A stretch of 63,960 nucleotides of DNA, filler included, from Lama guanicoe (taxonomy: Eukaryota): the NCBI GenBank assembly GCA_013239625.1. It is 173 parts of 173 records of this genome, joined end to end, with 100 filler letters (N's around TTAATTAATTAA, not from the genome) between each part and the next. Parts side by side here need not be neighbours in the genome. Positions count along the whole stretch, not along the records: positions 37,728 to 37,997 come from PNXV01051475.1; positions 38,098 to 38,367 come from PNXV01051476.1; positions 38,468 to 38,738 come from PNXV01051477.1; positions 38,839 to 39,108 come from PNXV01051478.1; positions 39,209 to 39,479 come from PNXV01051479.1; positions 39,580 to 39,850 come from PNXV01051480.1; positions 39,951 to 40,221 come from PNXV01051481.1; positions 40,322 to 40,592 come from PNXV01051482.1; 165 more parts are not named here. One strand, 5' to 3'. The position numbers were made by a program, and so were the translations under genes. Numbering within the stretch: the first letter of the stretch is position 1; each line of letters starts with the position of its first letter. Below the pieces are notes generated by a model. The model saw only the letters and a program-made list of their open reading frames with translations. It ran no database searches and was not told where the DNA came from. Positions 37,820 to 50,400 of the stretch are shown in pieces.

Positions 37820-37997
37820 CATATGGATTCCCTAGGGCTGCCGTAACAAAACCACAAACTGGTGGCTTACAACAACAGAAATTTATTACCTCACAGCTCA
37901 GGAACCCAGATGTCCAAAATCAAAGTTCTGGCAGAGCTGTTATCCCTCTGAAGCCACTGGGGAAAGATCTTCTCCAGGTCTTTCTCCTAGTCTCCTG
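37820..37997 (-). mobile_element. MLT1B/C/D (MaLR) LTR 3' end
   Basis: CCTAGGGCTGCCGTAACAAAACCACAAACTGGTGGCTTACAACAACAGAAATTTATTACCTCACAGCTC..GTCCAAAATCAAAG. Confidence 0.85.
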
Positions 37998-38097
37998 NNN
38001 NNNNNNNNNNNNNNNNNNNNNNNNNNNNNNNNNNNNNNNNNTTAATTAATTAANNNNNNNNNNNNNNNNNNNNNNNNNNNNNNNNNNNNNNNNNNNN

Positions 38098-38316
38098 CTG
38101 CCCACACAGAGAATTTGTACAAGGTCCCGGGTTCAAGTCCTTCCACTGTGAAACTGGTGTTGGCTGTGCACATGGTCTCAATTGGGTCTCCCTCCCCAGA
38201 CCACTGGACCCAGTAGGTGTAGCTCTGAAGGTCAGGGCCCTCAGGCACCTCCCACCTCAGGGTGATGCTGCTGGTGGTCTGAGTCTCCACACTCAGGTTC
38301 CCGACGGGGTTGGGGG
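38098..38316 (-). CDS. PTPRH: Partial exon encoding a fibronectin type III repeat of a receptor-type tyrosine phosphatase H-like protein (R3 subfamily)
   Basis: On the minus strand: branch-like TGCTGAC, polypyrimidine tract and TTCTCAG acceptor (AG at 38318-38317), then a phase-1 exon (A)PNPVGNLSVETQTTSSITLRWEVPEGPDLQSYTYWVQWSGEGDPIETMCTANTSFTVEGLEPGTLYKFSVWA, open to the contig end. Resembles PTPRH repeats (APNPVRNL.VE.QT.SSI.L.WEVPDGPD..TY.V..TV.GLEPG.LY.FS.W). Confidence 0.85.
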
Positions 38317-38838
38317 CTGAGAAGTGAAGAAGAAAGATCCAGTGTCAGCAGGGGAGTAAACGGGGGGNNNNNNNNNNNNNNNNNNNNNNNNNNNNNNNNN
38401 NNNNNNNNNNNTTAATTAATTAANNNNNNNNNNNNNNNNNNNNNNNNNNNNNNNNNNNNNNNNNNNNTCTCTTTCTGGCTTACTATATTCAGTATTTTGT
38501 AGTAACCCACAATGAAAAAGAGTATGAGAAGGAATATGTGTGTGTATATGTAAGACTGTATGTTATGAATCTATATGCTGTACACCAGAAGCTGACACAT
38601 AATAAACTGACTATACTTTAATTAAAAAATATTAAGAAAAGAATTTGAAAAAACTCAATCTAAATCTGTTACTAGAGGGAGGAAAACAGCAAAAACAACA
38701 CTCAGTACTTGAACTGTGAATAAACCATTTACTACTTTNNNNNNNNNNNNNNNNNNNNNNNNNNNNNNNNNNNNNNNNNNNNTTAATTAATTAANNNNNN
38801 NNNNNNNNNNNNNNNNNNNNNNNNNNNNNNNNNNNNNN

Positions 38839-39108
38839 TCTTCCTTGTGGCCTCAGTGACCCTGGTGGTCACTCTGGTGCTAGTGATTCTCCCCCACACG
38901 TTCACCATCAGGACTGTTCTGAAGCTCCCCTCTGGCCAGCAAAGGACAAAGGCCTTTTCCACTTGTTCTCCCCGCCTGATTGTCATCTCTCTCTCCCATG
39001 GAAGCTGCTTCTTCATGTACATTAAGCCCACAGCAAAAGAAGCGGATTCATTCAACACGGGAGCCGCTCTACTCATTACTTCAGCTGCACCTTGGTTGAA
39101 CCCCTTCA
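38839..39108 (+). pseudogene. Olfactory receptor fragment (TM5-TM7), OR6C-like; frame open but motifs degenerate, probable pseudogene
   Basis: FLVASVTLVVTLVLVILPHTFTIRTVLKLPSGQQRTKAFSTCSPRLIVISLSHGSCFFMYIKPTAKEADSFNTGAALLITSAAPWLNPF. Contains the KAFSTC and P.LNPF OR motifs, with SY>PH, SSH>SPR, SYG>SHG and NKG>NTG changes. Confidence 0.85.
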
Positions 39109-39579
39109 NNNNNNNNNNNNNNNNNNNNNNNNNNNNNNNNNNNNNNNNNNNNTTAATTAATTAANNNNNNNNNNNNNNNNNNNNNNNNNNNNNNNNNNNN
39201 NNNNNNNNTGGCCATCTGTAGAAGTGAATTGTATGTCCAAATTTAAGCAGTTCATGCGAAGAAATTTTTAGTACCTCCATATATGTATTTCTTAAACAAT
39301 TATATATGAGTTCCTATATAGTACAGATGAATAGAATTAACTTTCCAATGGCCCTCAGCACACTATGTGTATCAACATAATCCTTGACTCCTGACGCTGT
39401 CATCACTGGTTTTTTTTTTTTTAACTTTTTTAGCTTGTTTTTAACTTACTCATTTATTTATTCTGTTTATTTCTAATATNNNNNNNNNNNNNNNNNNNNN
39501 NNNNNNNNNNNNNNNNNNNNNNNTTAATTAATTAANNNNNNNNNNNNNNNNNNNNNNNNNNNNNNNNNNNNNNNNNNNN

Positions 39580-39850
39580 AGAGCCTAAGACTAGGACTTC
39601 ATGTGTTTCTAACTCACCTAGTCTTAACTCAGCCTCTAGCAATTTGTCAAAATCATTAAGTAAGTGTTCCCACCAGTTTATGCCTCTAGCAACTTCTCCA
39701 GCTTTGACTTGAGATGCACCTGTCTGTCTAGACTCCCTGAGGGCAGTTTGCCCTGCAAACTCAATTCTGTGATGGGTCCAAAAATAATTAATCTTCAACA
39801 TATCTAGCTTTTTCTTGTTGTAAGGACAGAAGTGACAACTTCCAACCTCT
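39580..39850. mobile_element. MER21-like LTR fragment
   Basis: CAGCCTCTAGCAATTTGTCAAAA..CCCACCAGTTTATGCCTCTAGCAACTTCTCCAG..TTTGCCCTGCAAACTCAATTCTGTGATGGGTCCAA..TGACAACTTCCAACCTCT. Confidence 0.7.
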
Positions 39851-42800
39851 NNNNNNNNNNNNNNNNNNNNNNNNNNNNNNNNNNNNNNNNNNNNTTAATT
39901 AATTAANNNNNNNNNNNNNNNNNNNNNNNNNNNNNNNNNNNNNNNNNNNNTTGTGAAACACTCCTGGTTATTTTAACTGCTGTTATAATCTCTGCTTCAT
40001 ACAACTATTGCAAAACTGAATATATTAAATGAGAAAAGGAAAAAATAGGTCAATATATCTATATAAGTGGTCAAATAAAAGAACTGAGATTATGCTTACT
40101 TCTTCATCAATCAAAACCTATTGGTCATGTACCTAGCATTGTTCTTACTACTCTAAAAGATAACACAATTATAAAGCATAACTGATACAGTCAAAGGTCT
40201 TACAATTTAACTGAAAACAAANNNNNNNNNNNNNNNNNNNNNNNNNNNNNNNNNNNNNNNNNNNNTTAATTAATTAANNNNNNNNNNNNNNNNNNNNNNN
40301 NNNNNNNNNNNNNNNNNNNNNTTAAGAAATGGGATAAATAAAATGGACATTTATGGGATTAAAACACAAGATTTCGTTACTACACCACCTAAGGCTGTAT
40401 AAGCCAGAGACGACCTGGTCTCCAACATTAAAGGGCCCCAAACAAGTCTGCTTTATTTACCCCAGTTAACCCCAGTTTAAAAAAAATACACACACACAAA
40501 CACACACACACAAAGCTGAAAGAAAATAACACTGAGATACCAGACCAACAATTATTTGGGGCAACAGTTAAGCCAATTAATTAAGTTTAAAGNNNNNNNN
40601 NNNNNNNNNNNNNNNNNNNNNNNNNNNNNNNNNNNNTTAATTAATTAANNNNNNNNNNNNNNNNNNNNNNNNNNNNNNNNNNNNNNNNNNNNTAAATGGT
40701 GTTGCAAAAATTGAAGAAAAATAAGTTGGATTCCACTTAACTACCCATATAAACATAAAAAGAAATTGGGCATATTTTTGCACTGGGAGAGGATTTCTTA
40801 GAAACGTCACAAAAATACATACCATAGATACATACTATGTATAAAATAGATAAACAACCACGTCCTACTGTATAGCACACAGGGAACTATAGTCAATATC
40901 TTATAATAAACTACAATGGAAAAGAATCTGAAAAAGGATATATATATATATAACTGAATGTAANNNNNNNNNNNNNNNNNNNNNNNNNNNNNNNNNNNNN
41001 NNNNNNNTTAATTAATTAANNNNNNNNNNNNNNNNNNNNNNNNNNNNNNNNNNNNNNNNNNNNAATTTACAAATATAACAGTACTCAAATCTGTTATGTA
41101 TTGTGATTTTTTATATTTTTAGGTAATAGTTTTATATTTCCTTTCCCATTTTTCACTCTCTTTGTGTCTTTACTCTTTTATGCCTATGAAGTCAGATTTG
41201 TTTACATTTTCTTAGGAATAAAGTATTTCTAAAAGGAGATATTTTTCAATATCAATCTATAATTGCTTAAAAATTAGATTTTAAGTAATAGCACTTTCAT
41301 CAAAATACCTCCAGGGAATATTTGCTTTTCCTCANNNNNNNNNNNNNNNNNNNNNNNNNNNNNNNNNNNNNNNNNNNNTTAATTAATTAANNNNNNNNNN
41401 NNNNNNNNNNNNNNNNNNNNNNNNNNNNNNNNNNCTCCTCCTGGCAGTTGTGAATAATGCTGCTAAATGTGGGTATGCAGACCCTGCGTTCACTTTGGGT
41501 GCATACCCAGAAGTGGGACGGCTGGATTCCACGGTAGTTAATTAGAGCAGTTTTTATTACTGGGCGTTAGAGTCGGGTGGGGTTGGGACAGTGAAATTGA
41601 TCTTCTATGCAGGTACTGATTCCATTGCAAGATGAGACATTGAAATGGGAATAAATAGAGGAGTCATTTACTGTTTTATGTTACACTTACTGTTTCAGGA
41701 TACTTNNNNNNNNNNNNNNNNNNNNNNNNNNNNNNNNNNNNNNNNNNNNTTAATTAATTAANNNNNNNNNNNNNNNNNNNNNNNNNNNNNNNNNNNNNNN
41801 NNNNNTCTAGGTCCATTCATGTTGCTGCAAATGGCATTATTTTATTCTTTTTTAGGCTGAGTAGTATTTCATTGTATGAATATACCACAATTCCTTTATC
41901 CAAGTCATTTATGATTGCATTTTAAAAGTTTGAAATCCCTGTAGTTATTTAAAAATGAGTCCTAATGAATCAGAGCTTCCCAAAGGGAAGATGAATCTGG
42001 GAAAATGGTGAGAATGGCTTGGCCTTATGAGATCAGGCAGTGGGAGGCCAGTCAGGAGCCTGTTAAGAATCTTTGNNNNNNNNNNNNNNNNNNNNNNNNN
42101 NNNNNNNNNNNNNNNNNNNTTAATTAATTAANNNNNNNNNNNNNNNNNNNNNNNNNNNNNNNNNNNNNNNNNNNNTTCCTGTCTCAGTATTGCAAGAGGG
42201 AATCAGTAAGATGGTAAAGCTGATTCTAAGAATGTTTTAAGAGCAAAGTTTATGTAACCCTTCAGAGAATGCATTAAAAACAACAACAACAAAAATATGA
42301 GAATGGCAATACTAAGTTAGATATAAAGTTGGCCAATGTTCTAAAAGCAATAAAACAAAATTTTTGGAATCATTTATTCTACATGGAAGAAATCTACAAG
42401 ATACTCTATAACTTTATATTGACAAATCAGAGACTAAATAGTGAAGNNNNNNNNNNNNNNNNNNNNNNNNNNNNNNNNNNNNNNNNNNNNTTAATTAATT
42501 AANNNNNNNNNNNNNNNNNNNNNNNNNNNNNNNNNNNNNNNNNNNNTTACTTGAAATGTTTTAAGGCCTAATATACCTATAGTAAAGATAGGTATTAAGG
42601 GAATTTGCAATAGATTTCATAAGCAATTCTGTGGAATCCTCATTATAACCAGAGCTTTAATATTGAGAGATTAGCTGTATTGTTCGCCAACCCCCAGTTT
42701 TATTAAAAAATAATTGACCAATATCATTGTATATAGTTAAAGTGTACAACATGATAATTTGATATACATATACATTGCAGAATGATTACCAACATCAATA

Positions 42801-43329
42801 TAAATAACATATCAATCNNNNNNNNNNNNNNNNNNNNNNNNNNNNNNNNNNNNNNNNNNNNTTAATTAATTAANNNNNNNNNNNNNNNNNNNNNNNNNNN
42901 NNNNNNNNNNNNNNNNNAATAATCAGAATTTTAAGAGATTTAATTTTTGATTTGTTAAAATTCCTCAGAGACCTTTAGATAAATTCAATGTTTTGAGTCC
43001 AACCTTCAGTCAAAAATGCCTCCACTTTGTGCTTGTGAAAAGTTGTGGTCTCCCATGAGAACATTAGGCCTGAAAACAAAACATTTCATGTTGGTTTTAT
43101 TCATTCTCTTCCTTGTAAATTACTGTTGTCAGCATTACTTTGTGTCTCCTAACCGTATCATTAATGATGAAACTTTCCAATATGTCTCNNNNNNNNNNNN
43201 NNNNNNNNNNNNNNNNNNNNNNNNNNNNNNNNTTAATTAATTAANNNNNNNNNNNNNNNNNNNNNNNNNNNNNNNNNNNNNNNNNNNNGTTTACACTCTC
43301 TCAGTCCAAATTCTGGTTTAGCATCTTAA

Positions 43330-43470
43330 GAGCTGGGCAAGTTTCCTCCTCTTTAAAATGGTTATGATAATAACATGGTCCTCTTAGATCTATTGCTAAC
43401 ACAAAGTAAGATAAGATGCAGAGGGCTTGGAGCAGTGCTTAGAAAGCATCCATAAATGTTAGTTCTTAAT
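43330..43470 (+). mobile_element. MIR fragment
   Basis: GGGCAAGTTTCCTCCTCTTTAAAATGGTTATGATAATA..GCTTGGAGCAGTGC..GCATCCATAAATGTTAG. Confidence 0.65.
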
Positions 43471-44772
43471 ATTGTTCACATGGGGTGTGGTTAAGATCCT
43501 CCCAAACACCCTGTTTAAATAACACTTGGTGATCTCTGATTTGCTTTCTCCAGGAGGTGNNNNNNNNNNNNNNNNNNNNNNNNNNNNNNNNNNNNNNNNN
43601 NNNTTAATTAATTAANNNNNNNNNNNNNNNNNNNNNNNNNNNNNNNNNNNNNNNNNNNNAAAGGAACAAATCTAGTCCCCCGTGAGCCCAGGCTCCCGTG
43701 TGGTCTGCTGTGCAGAGGCAGCCCCTAGTCAGTGGGGTGTGTGTTCTCCACTTTGCCGTCCTCACCTGGGACCTTCACTGAACATGGGTCCCCTACTTTG
43801 CCTCTGTAAGCATTTGATTTGACAATTCCTGTTTTACAGTATATTTTGATAATGATTTTGAGGTTTTAAAGGCAGTGTATATTAAATTTATAATCTATTT
43901 CATATTGTATAATAATCTCACGCATGGGATNNNNNNNNNNNNNNNNNNNNNNNNNNNNNNNNNNNNNNNNNNNNTTAATTAATTAANNNNNNNNNNNNNN
44001 NNNNNNNNNNNNNNNNNNNNNNNNNNNNNNGCTTTTAAGCTGTTGCCATTTGAAGAGTCATTCAGGGTATCTAATCAGCTATCCCTTTGGACATCGACAG
44101 CTTCTCAAGAAGGTTTTTTTTTTTTCACTTCCTCCAGCATGACTGTCTCCCTAACTAGATCTTATCATTGTGGTTTACACTCTCATAGCTTTGGGTACTT
44201 CCCCTTTTATAACAGGTCCTCATAGTATTTGTCTCTCTTCCTCAACCAAACGTCAGCTTCCTGAAGCATCTCTGCATGATTTCTGTAATAGCCTCACCCA
44301 ANNNNNNNNNNNNNNNNNNNNNNNNNNNNNNNNNNNNNNNNNNNNTTAATTAATTAANNNNNNNNNNNNNNNNNNNNNNNNNNNNNNNNNNNNNNNNNNN
44401 NACAGAGAGAAAGACTAGACGGAACAAGTAGACAAGGTGATGCATTACCATGTGCCTTTGGTGTTGGGGACACTGGAGCTGGAGTGGTCCCGAGAGGTGC
44501 CTCCAGGAGGTGACATTTGAGCTGCGACTTGAAGGTTGAGAAGGTGCCAGTCTTGGGAAGAACTTTCCAGACAGACAGAGTACCAGGCACAGAATCTCGG
44601 GGCTTGGCCGATTCCAAGATCACAGGGGCAGGAGCACGGGGTGATGGAGGCGAGCAAGGGGGCCGACAGGTGNNNNNNNNNNNNNNNNNNNNNNNNNNNN
44701 NNNNNNNNNNNNNNNNTTAATTAATTAANNNNNNNNNNNNNNNNNNNNNNNNNNNNNNNNNNNNNNNNNNNN

Positions 44773-44880
44773 TTCTTTCTTTCTTTCTTTCTTTCTTCTT
44801 TCCTTCCTTCCTTCCTTCCTTGCTTCCTTTCTTCATTACTTCCACTCTTTTGTTCTCTCTTTCCCTTTTTCTTCCTTTCT
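44773..44880. repeat. (TTTC)n/(TTCC)n low-complexity tract
   Basis: Directly visible polypyrimidine tetranucleotide repeats. Confidence 0.9.
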
Positions 44881-44884
44881 GTTC

Positions 44885-45041
44885 ATTTAGATTCCACATA
44901 TCAGCGACTTTATATGGTATTTTTCTTACGGCAGAATAGTATTCCATTGTATAAATATACCAACTCTTTATCCAGTCATCTGTTCATGGATGTTTAAGCT
45001 GTTTCCATATCTTGGCTATTGTAAATAGTGCTGCTATGAAC
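44885..45041 (-). mobile_element. L1 ORF2 end fragment
   Basis: TTTAGATTCCACATAT..GAATAGTATTCCATTGTATAAATATACC..TTTATCCAGTCATCTGTT..TGTAAATAGTGCTGCTATGAAC. Confidence 0.85.
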
Positions 45042-47367
45042 NNNNNNNNNNNNNNNNNNNNNNNNNNNNNNNNNNNNNNNNNNNNTTAATTAATTAANNN
45101 NNNNNNNNNNNNNNNNNNNNNNNNNNNNNNNNNNNNNNNNNTCTCAGAGAACTGTCCAGAGATTCTGGGGTCCAGGACTGGGGGGAGGGCCGTACAAGAC
45201 ACAAGATAAATTGCACCAGAAGTCTGTTTGCTGGCCCCGCATCCTCATAAGTGGGAGGGAAGTTAAAATGAAATCAAGGCTCAGGATGACGGCGGTGTGC
45301 CCAGCCTGCAGCAGGAGCAGAAGCCCCGTCAAAGAAAGAGAAATGTGATGATTTCTCAGAGTAACACATTTGGAAAATATTAACAGGTAATTGAGAGATC
45401 TGATAGCCTAAANNNNNNNNNNNNNNNNNNNNNNNNNNNNNNNNNNNNNNNNNNNNTTAATTAATTAANNNNNNNNNNNNNNNNNNNNNNNNNNNNNNNN
45501 NNNNNNNNNNNNAGGTCACGGATACCCAGAGTTCCGTGCCTTCCTTCTTTGTCCAGCCCAAACTTTGACTCTTTGATGTGGGACCAGAGACAAGACGCCT
45601 CAGGTGATGCAGACGGCCATGGGGTTAGTCAGGCGTCTCACAACAGAGATGACAGCAATAAGTCACTGAGATGTGGAGAAACGGGGACTCTTGGCTGGTG
45701 GGACTATACATAAATAGTATAGTCTCTTTGGAACAAAGCTTGTTAGTTTCTTAAAAAGTTAAGAAACTTTTATATGACCCAGCNNNNNNNNNNNNNNNNN
45801 NNNNNNNNNNNNNNNNNNNNNNNNNNNTTAATTAATTAANNNNNNNNNNNNNNNNNNNNNNNNNNNNNNNNNNNNNNNNNNNNGGGAAACATAAATTTGC
45901 AAAGTTTACACCTTAGTCAGAAAGATTCTCCATGAAGCTAATGGAGCTTAAAGTTTGCAAACCTTCACTGTCCAGGGCTCTTCCAAAGCCTAGGAGCGGA
46001 TCTAACAATGTGTGATTTTCGTTTTGTGCTGACACTTTTGTAATAATTTTCTTTTACTTTTCCTGCCTCATTGTGCTCTAGTGGGTAAATAAAATTATAA
46101 CATTAAAAGTGTACAACATAATAATTTTATATATGTATAAATTGTGAAAAGATCNNNNNNNNNNNNNNNNNNNNNNNNNNNNNNNNNNNNNNNNNNNNTT
46201 AATTAATTAANNNNNNNNNNNNNNNNNNNNNNNNNNNNNNNNNNNNNNNNNNNNTAGAGAATGTTCTATGTGCACTTGAGAATGTGCACTTTGTGTTCAT
46301 TAAGTATACTTGGTTTATAGTGTTGTTTAAATTTTTAATTTGTTTTTCAGTCTTCTATCTAGTGGTTCTATTCACTATTCGTATTTCAGTATTGACGTCC
46401 CTACTATTATTCCTAAGGGGTTTATTTCTCCTTTCAAGTCTGTCACTTTTAGTGGCTCTATTATTGTGTCCATGTATGCTTATAATTATTATATCTTCCT
46501 GAGGCACTGACCCTTTTTTCATGATNNNNNNNNNNNNNNNNNNNNNNNNNNNNNNNNNNNNNNNNNNNNTTAATTAATTAANNNNNNNNNNNNNNNNNNN
46601 NNNNNNNNNNNNNNNNNNNNNNNNNATTCTCCCATCATATTTTCAAACTTTAAAATAGGAATAAACCTGCAGAGGGAAAAGAAAAGGAGCAATATGCTCC
46701 AAAGGTCTTCCTCTGTCTTCCAGAGTGACCCTCTCTAGTTTTTTCATTCATTTGTAGAATTTTGACTGATCTCACAAATGCTTCACCAAGTTCCCCTTGT
46801 GTTTCAAACTAAAACAATTCCCACTTTGTCTCATAAACTTGGAAAGCATCTATCCACAGCAATCATATGATAATGCACTCAGGACCAAGCCATCTTNNNN
46901 NNNNNNNNNNNNNNNNNNNNNNNNNNNNNNNNNNNNNNNNTTAATTAATTAANNNNNNNNNNNNNNNNNNNNNNNNNNNNNNNNNNNNNNNNNNNNATTT
47001 CTCTTGATCCTCCCACTACTCTGGTGCCATCATAGAAGTGGATTGCTGCTGATTGAAGGAGTGAAAAGGAGAGTTTCAGGATACCTAGCAAGTGTCAGAG
47101 TACACAGCTGAGAAGGAGGGGCTCGGGAAATTATCCCGTGAAGCTGTTTGTGAACTCCTGGATTCACCAGTATCTGCATGTGCTTGGATCTGATACTTGG
47201 TTAGCATACCAAGGGCTCTGAGGATGGAATTAGTAAATAGAATTTCACCCGAATCCCAGACTGATCTNNNNNNNNNNNNNNNNNNNNNNNNNNNNNNNNN
47301 NNNNNNNNNNNTTAATTAATTAANNNNNNNNNNNNNNNNNNNNNNNNNNNNNNNNNNNNNNNNNNNN

Positions 47368-47430
47368 CAACATTGTAAAATGATTATAAATCAATAAAAA
47401 ACGTTAAAAAAAGAAAGAAAGAAAGAAAGA
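47368..47430 (+). mobile_element. Young L1 3' terminus with poly(A)/(GAAA)n tail
   Basis: CAACATTGTAAAATGATTATAAATCAATAAAAAACGTTAAAAAAA(GAAA)n. The same terminus is seen at ~10729 and ~60351, and reversed at ~36470. Confidence 0.75.
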
Positions 47431-50400
47431 TGTCCATGGAGGACCGAGCTTTCTAAAGATTCATGTAGAGCCATCTTCTAGTCACTGGTGGCAAAAGAAA
47501 GAGAGGAATGGATTACTTTCCTTTAGAACGAATCAAATTTAACACTAATTTTAGAAACAGAGACGTGAAGATTTAAAGAAGTAAGAGGACGCACTCATAT
47601 AAAATAACATTTCTTTGCATAAAAGAGGAGAAAAATANNNNNNNNNNNNNNNNNNNNNNNNNNNNNNNNNNNNNNNNNNNNTTAATTAATTAANNNNNNN
47701 NNNNNNNNNNNNNNNNNNNNNNNNNNNNNNNNNNNNNCCCCCCATGAAGAATTGTCCCTCCCCAAACGCCAGGGACACTCTTTTTCTGTCTTCATTTTTC
47801 CGGTATGCATACAGATGCACAGATTTACAACTTTAGAAGTAAATCCCTGTAGTTGAACTGGAAGTCTCCTTACCAGAAATAAAGCCTCCCAGCTGGAAAG
47901 CCACAGCAAGCACCACGTTTCCTCAGTGACCAGCACTTCTGAATGTCTGGATTAGGACGCTGCTGTGATTTTATTTCTGTTTTCCTCCGTAAGCTACACT
48001 GGTATCAANNNNNNNNNNNNNNNNNNNNNNNNNNNNNNNNNNNNNNNNNNNNTTAATTAATTAANNNNNNNNNNNNNNNNNNNNNNNNNNNNNNNNNNNN
48101 NNNNNNNNTTCTAATCCCCCACTGTCACCACCTACCACTGAGCCTTTTATGCCTCACTTAACTTCCTAAGCCTTTTTCCCCAACTGAAATATAATGTTAA
48201 TGTTGGTGAGGTTTAGCATAATATACATAACATATCTGGCGTATGGTAGGATTTCAACACAATGAAAGCCATTGTTACTATAATGCCAGCAGCTAGGGTA
48301 ACAGTAAGTTGGGGGCCTGGTCACTTGGAGGCAGAGACTGCTTTGGCAGATTCAGGCACACTTATGCCAGCCTTGAGGANNNNNNNNNNNNNNNNNNNNN
48401 NNNNNNNNNNNNNNNNNNNNNNNTTAATTAATTAANNNNNNNNNNNNNNNNNNNNNNNNNNNNNNNNNNNNNNNNNNNNGGTCTGAGGAGACAAAGGCTA
48501 TGGCGCCCCTCCCCCCAGGGCACACCAGGCATGTTGCTTTGCTTTTTTCGCAATTTATAGGGGACCGAGGTTGTTCTGCTCCTTATCCTCTCCCAGCCAC
48601 GGCGCGCAGCACCCTGCAGTTCCCCGGGGCTGCCTCAGTGCAGCCATCCCTGTCCTCCACCCGGCTCGGGCCACCTGCCCCGGCTCCAGCTGCCAGCTCG
48701 CGTCTCGGGCTGGGTGTCATGGGGACCCTTTGTGCCCGTTTAACTCAGTTNNNNNNNNNNNNNNNNNNNNNNNNNNNNNNNNNNNNNNNNNNNNTTAATT
48801 AATTAANNNNNNNNNNNNNNNNNNNNNNNNNNNNNNNNNNNNNNNNNNNNTTACTCCAACTATTATTATACCTATCTTACAAGTAAGTTTTAAAGTGAAA
48901 CTATAAGATTTCTAGCTTTTGTCTGTTTATATGCCTGCGTACACATTATAGATGTGAGATATTTCAACAGCTAAAAAAAAAAAATCAAAGTCAAAGAACT
49001 CTGTTTAATTGACATAAAAAATAAGACCTTAAAAATGAAGTATTTTTAAGATAAAAACTGACCAAATTTTCCTTCAGCTTCACATGAACTGGAAAATATT
49101 CAATATTAAGATAATATTTGANNNNNNNNNNNNNNNNNNNNNNNNNNNNNNNNNNNNNNNNNNNNTTAATTAATTAANNNNNNNNNNNNNNNNNNNNNNN
49201 NNNNNNNNNNNNNNNNNNNNNAGTAAAAGAATAATTAACACATAGATCTTTAAAACACTGCATAAGAAAAAAGTAGGGCTCCAACGTGCTGATTCCAAGC
49301 CAGGTGAGAAATAGTGTTTATACAAATGGATTAAGAGAAAAAGTTGTGACATTTAGGGGGCCCTTGATCCAAAGATTATGACAATCAAAGCAAAAAGAAC
49401 AGCCCCAATTCAAGATGGCACCTTTGAGAAGGGGGAGGTCAGGTGATCAAAGGACAGTATGATGAGTCTAATGAGGATAAGAGACAAACCCTNNNNNNNN
49501 NNNNNNNNNNNNNNNNNNNNNNNNNNNNNNNNNNNNTTAATTAATTAANNNNNNNNNNNNNNNNNNNNNNNNNNNNNNNNNNNNNNNNNNNNTGCTGCCT
49601 GCTCCCGGGATGAACCATCGCTCAATATAACTGAGAGCGAGAGTGTTCAGACCTTCCTGGGGAAAGCCCATCTTCCCTCCGAGGGTGGAACCTTGGACCC
49701 TGAGCCGAACCAGACAATCCCCAAGCAACGCCATGTGGGGGAAGTTCTTAAAGCTTCCCTGGATTATTCAGCCTTATCTACACGTGCAGCGTTTTTATAT
49801 AAATCTGTATTCCAGTTAGCGTCATGACATGGTGCACAGACCACTGCTGGCCCTGGAACTAGANNNNNNNNNNNNNNNNNNNNNNNNNNNNNNNNNNNNN
49901 NNNNNNNTTAATTAATTAANNNNNNNNNNNNNNNNNNNNNNNNNNNNNNNNNNNNNNNNNNNNCCTTTAGCTGCTTCCAAGATCGTTAAGTGGCCAAAGT
50001 GGGTTTATTTTGGATATCAGTTATCCAAGAGCTTTAACTACTACATTTTGTCACATACAGTTTACAGTGAGGTTCAAAGATGCTAAATTACTTGGGAGCC
50101 TTTTCCACAAACTGCTACCACCATTTCTTTGGATCATTGTGTCCTAAACTATATAGTGGGGTTGGGGATCATCTGTCCTCCTCATTGTCTCTGCATTTGC
50201 TCTCCCAAATGGAAGAAGCAGTATATTCCATGTGNNNNNNNNNNNNNNNNNNNNNNNNNNNNNNNNNNNNNNNNNNNNTTAATTAATTAANNNNNNNNNN
50301 NNNNNNNNNNNNNNNNNNNNNNNNNNNNNNNNNNCCGGGCTCTAAAGGAGATTCACGATGTGCAGGGGGCAGTCCATGCTCCTGATGGTAACAGCCTCAC

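Noticed and set aside
38098..39108. Apparent clustering of the PTPRH-like exon and the olfactory receptor fragment
   Set aside because: They are on separate contigs ordered by length, so the proximity is an artefact.
40575..40584. AATTAATTAA inside a contig resembling the linker
   Set aside because: It is shorter than the linker, has no N padding and is expected by chance in AT-rich DNA.
45344..45404. Possible C/D box snoRNA (GTGATGA ... CTGA)
   Set aside because: There is no terminal stem and no recognisable rRNA-antisense element, and the motifs are short enough to occur by chance.
49380..49455. Two ATCAAAG TCF/LEF-like motifs and an AGGTCA half-site as a possible enhancer
   Set aside because: Short motifs without conservation or chromatin data cannot be distinguished from chance.
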